NCBI GenBank assembly: GCA_002269645.1
Contig: NIVC01003293.1
Location: 136,194-200,193 of the forward strand
Reading direction: 5' to 3'
Origin: Macrostomum lignano
Lineage: Eukaryota
Length of the DNA stretch: 64,000 nucleotides
Part shown: piece after piece, positions 55,240-64,000 of the stretch
How positions within the stretch are numbered: the stretch's first letter is position 1
Layout of the letters: every line of letters starts with the position of its first letter
The notes under the pieces: generated by a model
What the model was told of the DNA's origin: nothing
The model's input: the letters and a program-made list of their open reading frames with translations, nothing else
Databases searched by the model: none
Program-made: the position numbers and the translations under genes

Positions 55240-56830
55240 GACTCCTACAGACCGTGCTAACAACATATGCCAACAATCGGATGAGGGTCCTTGAACACAC
55301 AGCCCTGAATTGTGGCACAAGTACAAGCCGATGCCAATCAAATTCTTTACTGTCGCACGTAGACTTCTCATTCTAGTCGGCTGGTAGAAATTAGATTTCA
55401 CACTGAACGCTCTCCAGCATGAAGATTCTGAATCAGTATATTTCCCACTAATTTTGCTCGAAATGAAGCAGAGAATCCCACCAAAGCACTGTAAATCAAA
55501 ATTTCTGCTATTTACATTCAGAAAATGCTAAAAAACGACATCATTAAGCCTGTCAAATTCAGTGAAAGGGCTTCACTGTTTGTCGTGGTCAAGAAAGCCG
55601 TGGTAAGCTGAGGATGTGTTAAATACAATTAAATACGGGGAGATCGCAGTGGGGCAATTCGCGTGCCGGAAGTTCTCGTGGAAGCGTATTTTTTTTGCAA
55701 CGTCTTTTAAAAAATAAGTGCGAAAGCTTCTGTATTTAAAAGCTTTTGTATTTTCGATTTGTGTGTAGCCATGCTGGAAAAGCTATTTAAGGCTTTAAAG
55801 TCATTTAATGGTCTCGCTAAAAGCAAGAGATGTCAGCTAAAGTCTAATGAAGAATGACGAAAGTCTCTGAGAAAAAGATGGTAAACTCAACTCCTACCTA
55901 CCACTGTGTGTTCAGGTTATCAACTGTTGATACAGAAAAACTAAATGTACTTCCTATTCCTCCTGCTCCTACATGAGTACACTCGTAAAAGGAATTTCCA
56001 AACTTTTGTGGCCATTATTCCACACTTTGTGGCCATTATTTCGCATTTTTGTGGCCATTATTCCACACTTTTGTGGCCATTATCCCACAATTTTGTGGTC
56101 ATTATTTTGCTTTTTTGTGGCTAATATTCCACACTTTTGTGGCCATTATTCCACAGTTTTGTGGCCATTATTCCAAACTTTTGTGGCCATTATTCCACAC
56201 TTTTGTGGCCATTATTCCACACTTTTGTGGCCTTTTTTCGCATTTTTTTCACTTTAATACACAGATAAAGAGGGGTGGATGGACAATAAACGAGAGGAAT
56301 TAGTGACGTGATGAAAGCTGTACATGGAGTAAATATACATTGGGGAGCAACTGTTGAGTAATGGATGCAACTAATCGCTATTGGGTCTGGATGAAAGTTT
56401 GTCTACAGTGACTAATTGACTGACTCCAAAAAAATGGGAAATTCAGTGCAGCTTTCCAAAACGCACTTTCATCAAATATGAACTGTGAAATATGAAGTAT
56501 GAATTGTGACTCTTGGAAATAGCAATTAAGATAGAATTCGCACGGAATACCATTTCTACACTTTGAAACTGTCATTTTCGGTTTAGTTACTCGCGACTGG
56601 CAAGAACTGTTTGAGCTGGTTGAATACCAATTGTTTCTTTAAACATAAATGAGTAAAGGCCAGCTTTGAGCAAATCGAGACTGAGGATGCGAGTGCAGCA
56701 TGCCTACACTATCGTTTTGAATATCAAAAAGCCGTACATGGCCAGACAGCTCTCAAGTGCAGCAGTATTTAACATCTGCTGTGTACTACGTCTCGTATAG
56801 ACTCATAAAGTTTGTCAAGACTGAAGCCGT
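55240..56830 (+). mobile_element. Highly degenerate Ty3/Gypsy-like pol remnant
   Basis: LTTYANNRMRVL (protease-end-like), KMLKNDIIKPVKFSERASLFVVVKK (RT N-terminus, compare IIEPV..SEWASPIVVVKK) at about 55522-55600, and AVYYVSYRL (RNase H PVAYASR-like) near 56780; many stops. Confidence 0.55.
56003..56245. repeat. ~22-bp minisatellite (TTTGTGGCCATTATTCCACACT)
   Basis: About 10-11 tandem units. Confidence 0.92.
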
Positions 56831-57917
56831 GGAAATGCGGGATATGAAGCCCACGCTGCATTATGCGCATTTCAGCTCATGTTTTATACATATCTCAGAA
56901 AGTTCAGTCCACAGAACTTGAAAGAATGAAAGAAGCTTGAGTGAGGAAGCCTTAGAATCCAACAATGCATTCAGACTGCCGCAGAATTTGGTTGCTGAAG
57001 TGGTTTGTACAGACTGCATTGGAAAATGCGCTAATTAGCTGTTGTGCCTCCCTGCTCCCAGTTGAGTTCTCGGGGCACGTGAATTTAAAGTACAAAAATC
57101 AGCAATTCTGTCCGCGAATCACAATATATTTAAAAGAAAATTTTCTTTGAAAGAGGTTACTGTAAGTTTCCACCTTAATAAATCTAATTCCTGTTCGACC
57201 TGATGTTACAAACACCGACGCAAGATCGAATAAAATATTTTTAAATTACTTCCAAAAACCAACGTGCCATTCACGATAATAAAACATCTTCTCCTCTGCG
57301 TCCATTTGGCTGAGTTCAGTCGGTGATTGCAAGATTTTTTATCTTAACGAGCTATTTGCTGGCAGGTAATGTCTTAGTTTTAGGCATAAATCAACGCTCT
57401 GAGAATCTACCTCTAAGGCATTAAGCTCGAAGATTAAAAATATTCGCGCTCGAGTAGTGATTTTACCATTTACAAAGACTTCGCTAAGCAGCTAATACGT
57501 CTTTCCAGGGGATTTTCTTCAACTTGTTCTGCACCATGCATGCATTAGTCCTTTTTCACTCAGTAGTGATTAGGCTGTTAACGGCTAAATTGTTAGAAAT
57601 GTTCGAAACGGCGTAAATTCTACCCATTGTCATTACAGTCTAATATACTATTGTTACAGTCTAATATACTATTGCTCAGTAGGTGTACGCAGCTTGGGCA
57701 AGGGCTGCCAGTTTTTCCAATCCTCATCGAGGCAGATCCGGCCAATCCAGAGGCTGTAGGGTCGGAAAGGACAGAGAGAGGAGAGCCTCAGCCTTGGCAA
57801 CGAGAGTAAACAAACATCGCTTGGGATAGACGGCCACTGTTGTCCTGGACCATTATTAAACCCTTTCCTCGGCTAGGGGCATGGGCGGAAGAACCAAGCG
57901 TTTCCTACCAGAGAGAC

Positions 57918-60900
57918 ATGACTGTGAAAAAATCTGCTCGATTTCTGCTTTGCTGGCTCGTCTGCTGCTGCTGCAGTTCGGTCTGCTTTGGCTACAGGTG
58001 GGACTACATCAAGATGCCGGACTTCAAGGGCACTGAGTACATCTTCCGCTACCCGCTCAAAGATGACTTGACACAGAGTGAATACGAACATGGGGAAAAG
58101 TACCAAATATTTGCTTCGGCCTGCTTTAATCTGACAGAAAACAGCCACAAAATCTTTGCTCCGCTTAACGACACGAGAGCGCTGGATGCGTTTACGAAAT
58201 TGTTTGCCGAAAAGTGAGTCGCTTTCTATCATTTTTAGATTATAATTATTAGTATATTGAAGTTTTTGCTTGCTTAACTCGAAACATCGTATGAGATTAT
58301 TTTTGGAAGACTCAAATCCACAAGTAGTATTTAAAGAACATTTTTATCTGGTAATACGAGCTTGTATTTTAGCCTGTGGTTCAACAGCAAATTATGGTCA
58401 CGAAAGTCACAGGGTTTGTAGACAACATATTCTCAATACATTTTCCCTCTTGCCGAATATTTTAGTGCAACCGTCAAAACGATTCTGGACGACAAAACTC
58501 TCTGCACCAACTGGACCTACCGGCCCTATCACTATTCTGGAGGAGCCCCGGTGCCCCTGGCCTGGAACATGTTCGGGCCGACTTTCACCCCGCCAGCATC
58601 GCTGTGGGACGGCTCCTCTGCAGACAAGGCTGCAAATCTGATCACACTGAAGCGATTTGGAAGCATGTTTAAGTACTCTGCGGAGAAATCCAGCGTCGAA
58701 ATGTACTACATGTGCGAATACTTTGCACTGCGTGAGTTGAGTTCATTTATTTGCTGAAATTCTTTAGTACCTGTAAAATGTTTGCTCTAAGATTTCGTTG
58801 CCGAAGAAAAGAAAAAGTAGCTCTCATCAAAAGATTAAATAAAAGCATCGTGATCCGCAAACTGACGGCCCCATTTTCAGCCAACAGCTCAGCTTCGGAT
58901 ACATATCTCTGCAGCCAGGCGACCTCTGTTGCCAGCTGGGACGGTGGCCCAACGGTCAACCAGAGCTACTGCGTGCACAGGCCGAAGCGAAAGCCGGATG
59001 ACGATTACAAATCTGACTACTCTGGCTACACTCTGTTCTGCGAGAGAGGCGGCGGACGCCCAGCGCAGGCGGAGAGCGTGGAGAAGCGAATGAAGCTGTG
59101 GTTGGTTTCAAAAATGCGTACACTTATTCCTATGTTGTTTCCATCGTGTCAGTACGATTATCTTTTGCCGACGAAACTGAAAAGGGGGTTTGTCATCTTG
59201 CTCCGACAATGGACGCGGTTTAATCGGGGGCGGGAGGCAGTTTCTTTGTCGGGTCTCTCCATTTGATCGGAGCTGTGTGTATAGTCCACAGACCATATAG
59301 AATATAGACCAGTAAAGTGAAGAAAAAAGTGGGCCATTTCCCCCCATAAGAAACTGTTCCCTCTCACCCACCCCAGCTCGATCGATATGTGGTACAGGGC
59401 GGGCCTCTTTTCCATAGTGCTCCTATTGGACACATGCATTTGAGATATTTTTTTTCTTTTCTTTCGGTTCGGTTCGGCCAGACAATCGTACCCAAGGACT
59501 GCCATTGATTTCGGATTAGTTTCAGCATGTGCGGAACGTCAAGAAAGGTTGACACTGATGTTTGGATCACATGGATGCGGAAATGAAGCATTAACATTGT
59601 CCCACGAACTTATCTTGGCACCGAGAGTTTCAATAGCCTTAATATTATGCTGCGTTCCGTCACACGTAAAAGATGTTGCGATAACACCAACCTGGTACAG
59701 CCGCTGGATGCACTCCTCAACAGCAGTAGCTAAAAATTCCCCATCAACGCCGTTGACTAAGAAGTAGCCTAAAGGCAGTTTCCAGTAGTTCTTCAGCCCA
59801 ACAGCCATCAACACAAGTGCAGATGATGCTTCCTGTTCGCTTACGTTGCCATCTCCCTTGTCGACAAAGCCAAGGAACCTGCCCTCGCAATCGCTCCATT
59901 CGACCATGGACTTCAGAGACATCTCGTCTGCTACAATGTTGCAGTAGTCAAAGGCTTGGCCATTGGCTGAGCTGCGGCGACGTGATAGCTCTTGAAATGC
60001 TTGGACGCAAAATCCTGGAAGGCATCGCACACTTGAGATCCATTTCCGTAAAGACGATGGATGCGGAAGCTGGAAAAACTTTCTCACGTATTCGTATGCC
60101 TTAGGACTGTAGTAGTGCAACGTTGAAGCAAATCGCCGAACTTCAGGGGGAAATTTTTTTATTCTCCTGTTTTTGGTTGGCACTAGACAGTTCAACAATG
60201 AATTTGATGACAGAAACTGCAGACGGGATGCTGCAGCTTCGTCAACAATATTGTTTACCTTAAGCGCTTTCAAAATATTAGTCAGTGACTTCGACCGCGC
60301 CCTCAGTCGCTGGTGCCTCTTGTTCAGAGCCCTGAATTTGCTGTACTTTTGAGTGATTGATTTACTCATGATCTCCAAGGCTCGTGAATTTTTCTTCGCG
60401 ACCGAATGCGCAAATAAAAGCCGCTTGTACCTGCGCTTCAGATTCTTAAGCTCTCTTACTTTTACTTGATACGCCTCCTTGCTTACACAGTTGAAATGAG
60501 GATCCAGAACTGGTTCGTGGTCAGCTCCATCTACGTTGGCAGCGAGCTCATCAAGCGGGTTGAAGGATGCAGGCCGCGGCAGTTCGCGGTCCGGTTCACT
60601 GAGAAAGGCACTGAAATCGATTTCGGCAGCTGCAGAAGCAGATGCGGCAGTCATTCTCTTCCTCCTTTTTTGCGCAGGTTGCAAGTGACTTGGAAAGGCA
60701 GGAAAAATCGATGGAATCGCTCCTGGATACAGCCGCCTTTTGCACATTTGCTGAGAGGCATTAAATTGCTCAACGAAGCACGATAGAGAGAAGTGCTCGG
60801 AGCAAATTCTTGATGACGATGACGGCTGAAAGCCTTCTCGACGGATTGCTGAGATCCATTTTTGCTTCAGCTCATCGTCTTTCGGAAAGGAGTGAAAGGA

Positions 60901-63900
60901 CACTCCAGTTGTCAACGAGGACTTGTTTGAGCAGCCAAAAGCACAGCAATAGTTGCCACACTTTCTGGTGCTCTTCTCTTTTTTTGATACGCTAGAAGCA
61001 GGCTGCATTGATAAGAATGCTTGTTTGAGTTTTTTGCGGGATATTTTTGCAAGGAAATATTTATTTTGCCTCTCTGAGGTTTTTAAAAGTCTTTATAATG
61101 AGTAAATTTCAAGCACTGGCCAGCTTTAAAAATGAGACAGCCCCATTTTTTGTACCACATATCGATCGAAGTGGGGCTTTGGGGAAGGACCATTTTTTGC
61201 GTTGCTTTTTTGTCCCACAACGCGCCTGGGCAGGCCCCCGAGATTCGCAGTCTATATTCTATATGGTCTGTGGTATAGTCATCAAAATAGCTTTTATCTA
61301 TATCTTTTGCTCATATCCAGTTAAGAGCTATATAACATGGACAACTAAATTATACTACTGATCCTAATTTTCCTTGTACTACTGGTACCTTACTAAGATA
61401 GGGATACACGGAGATAGGATTTCCATGATTCTGCATGATCCGACAGAGAAAGTGCCCCTCGGATAGGCCTTTAAAATATTTTCGGAACAGCTGAAATCGC
61501 CTTTACGCACTCGAGGGTTTTACCTGGTGTGAGAAAATATCAAAATAGAGATTTGAAAGCTTTTCGTTTCGCTCTCTATTCTACATTTTTGCGTCGGATA
61601 TACAGTTGTAGTAAGTAATAATACATACATATTAATACTAATTAATAAATACTGTTTAATTTTTAGGATATTCGTCAACCAAAACCGTCTTGCCAAGCGA
61701 TTGGGTTCCAGACGAAAAACACCTGCTGCTGGCTCTGATGTTCGACACCGGCATGACCAACTGGCGCTACCAGTCCTTCTGCATCCCTGGAACTCCGTGC
61801 GATCCAGCTTTAACAAGGAAATCCTTAGCCAGATAAAACTAAGGGCCTCGTGGTAACTTACAAATGGCAGCACTCGTTTCCCAAGGAGGTCAAGGCAGAA
61901 GAATACGACAAAGACTGTCCAGTGCTATGCACAGGTACGGCTTGCAGATAGTAGCTGCTGCTAACACCACCAATAATGTTCCTACCCTAACCCTCTTCCA
62001 ATAAACTGAATTCGCACGCATCGAAATCATTTGCAGCCATGACCTGCCGCCTAATCCCACACTGATGACCAGCTGAATGAGAAGAATCTTATCTGCACCT
62101 CCTGGAACAGCAGTCGGACGGCAGCAGAGCTGCAACTCAGGAAGCTGCCATTTCAGCAGATTGAGTACACCTGTGTGCCGAATTTCGTCTTTCTCGGTGC
62201 GAGAGCAACACCAGCATTTGCCAGACGATGCACCCAGGTAAATGATTTCTCGCTAAGTTTTATTCCGTTTCGCTTATCGCATCGGACCATACAACCGATT
62301 TCGTTTCGTAGAAAGCAATTTAAAATTTAAAATTCATTTAAAAGCTAATAGAAACGAAAAACGCAAACTAAACACAGTCTGCGTCATTCAGGAATTCTAT
62401 CGATTTCATACCCAACCACACAGTTTGCAAACGCAAACGGGCTTCAAATTTCATGAAACCGCATTTACGATGGCATCCGATTGCTAAATGAATAAGGCCA
62501 AGGCGCCAAACTTGTTTGATTAAAACATGCGTAGGACAAAAGGAAGCCAATTTTTGAATCATGGAACAGATTAACGACGGGACGCTACGACTCGTAAATC
62601 GGCCATGGCGACCTGTACAGAACTTGAACTGAAGTATTCGACCTTAAGTGCTGAATTTGTTTACACTTAGAAGTCAAAAAACGTTTTGCAGCTGTACCGT
62701 ACGCCTGAATAATGATCAATAGTCTATAGGACTACGCAGCAATAATTTTCGTATGCATGCACATCGATTTTCGGAAACAGGACGCCGTGTGGGGCAGTGG
62801 AATCCCGACCTGCGTGTCGCGGCCGTGCACTCCGATGCCCGTCTATCGAATGACACAGCCGTCATCACAAGCTACACCTTTAAAGGAGTTACCTACAGTT
62901 ATTCTGACGGTCAGTTGCTGACGCAGCTGCTTTCGAATGGAACTTTCCGGCCGGGAGACAATATCCAGATATCCTGTAAGCCTGACCTTATGGCTCCAGC
63001 CAAACCGCCTCCTGCATGTCTGGCGGCAGCTGGAGCCCCGTCACCATGGACTGCAGCCCTGATACTGCGGTGGCGTCTCCGTCCCTCCGACGGTGGCCAA
63101 CGCACAATCAAATGCGACCTTCGAAACACATCTTGGGAGGGCGCCAGCCTCGCCTTTACCTGCAACACAAACTACAGCGTCGGCGGCCTACCCAACGGAT
63201 CTGTCAGCTTCGTCATCAGCTGCATCAACAGCAGCTGGACCTCGTTCCCACCTGAACTGCGACCGACCGCCTGCTCGAGTCTGCCGCCGGGACTGGGAAA
63301 CTCCAGCCTGTACAGCTCGCTGAACCTCGAGCAGGAGCTGCAGACGGTCTGCCGGCTTCCGGATGCAGGTCGACGACAGCCTCAGCTACGAGTGTCGGCC
63401 TGGGCTTCGTTCGGACGACGCAGAACCGGCGATTGAGCATCTTCTGCAGGCTGGGAGACCCTGGGAGCCGGACGTTCCCGGTCCGTGCCAGCTGCCTCAA
63501 CTGCTCACAGCCGGATGCCATCGTGCTAGCCTCAGGCCGCTCGCATGACCGTCATCAATGCATCGTTCAACTTTCTAACAGCTCGCCACCTGCCCTACAC
63601 AAGTTTGTGCGGCTGAGCTGCGAGGAGCCGTACTTTGCCATGCCGGGCAGCAGCGAGCTGGCCGTGTGCGGACTGTCAGACGAGATCCGCCTGCGGCAGT
63701 GTGGCGCAGCGTCGGCTCAAATGTGGCCTTCAGCTGCCGCAGTAAGCAGCTTGTCATTATTGCTTCTAATCCGAAACTTGGAGTGGTGCTTGCAAAAGAA
63801 TGTACACCACTCTGGGCAATCTAGTTATAATACCGGTATATAAATTTGTATTGAACTGCCGTCTTTTTCAATAACAAGCCATCTCGAATCTTTTGTAGAG

Positions 63901-64000
63901 CACTGCAACAACAGTCTCTTGGCGCAGCTGGTGGATTCGGACTCGTCGACTTCCCCCACAGCTCCTACACGGATCCGACCGAGTTGCCAACGTCACCTGC
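57918..64000 (+). CDS. C-type-lectin + Sushi-repeat protein, copy 2 (frameshifted in this assembly; runs off the window)
   Basis: Exons 57918-58213 (MTVKKSARFLLCWLVCC.. signal-like), 58466-58731 (..EMYYMCEY, CTL-like end), 58881-59100 (FCERGGGRPAQAESVE, CTL-like start), then from 61667, about 62035, 62781 and 63899 exons homologous to 31436, 31805, 34502 and 35637. These last exons carry many single-base indels. Confidence 0.72.
59287..61272 (-). mobile_element. P-element/THAP9-type DNA transposon, internally deleted, in an intron of CTL-Sushi copy 2
   Basis: Perfect 23-bp TIRs CACAGACCATATAGAATATAGAC (59287-59309 and 61250-61272) and an 8-bp TSD GTATAGTC (59279-59286, 61273-61280). Confidence 0.96.
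59470..61008 (-). CDS. THAP-domain P-type transposase, C-terminally truncated
   Basis: THAP (CCAFGC..FHSFP..W..RICSEHF..GAIPSIF), coiled coil, LHYYSPKAYEYVR, DEMSLK, WKLPLGYF and TCDG motifs. A +1 frameshift near 59548 precedes DVPHMLKLIRN, and homology stops at about 59470. Confidence 0.92.

Overview
Eukaryotic, intron-containing, very repeat-rich genomic DNA. It is an invertebrate with TTAGGG-type telomere repeats; the style is consistent with a free-living flatworm such as Macrostomum, but that is inference only. Gene content, all assembled by hand from splice sites: (1) the 3' part of an ADAM/reprolysin metalloprotease gene ending in a Thr-rich stalk and a GPI-signal-like tail (<1-4471), plus a broken tandem duplicate (10.7-16.3 kb) that still carries the HEIGHNLGFEH zinc motif; (2) a complete 4-exon, 440-aa gustatory-receptor-like 7TM gene (17634-26132) with three phase-0 3' introns and a TYFILIVQ motif, which the ORF track misses; (3) two paralogues of a C-type-lectin + many-Sushi surface protein (28.5-39.2 kb and 57.9->64 kb). 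About a third of the window is satellite DNA, and most of it lies inside one family of non-autonomous Helitron-like elements with TC...hairpin-CTAG ends, no TSD and an internal tRNA-like B-box segment. Two of these form an exact head-to-tail CTAG|TC concatemer (39585-49470). Other mobile or rearranged DNA: a P/THAP9-type element with perfect 23-bp TIRs and an 8-bp TSD, a Penelope-like remnant with a hammerhead core, a TG...CA solo-LTR-like insert ending in a 52-bp-period micro-array, several RNase H-bearing non-LTR fragments, a degenerate Gypsy pol, a 2.9-kb palindrome and one 371-N assembly gap.
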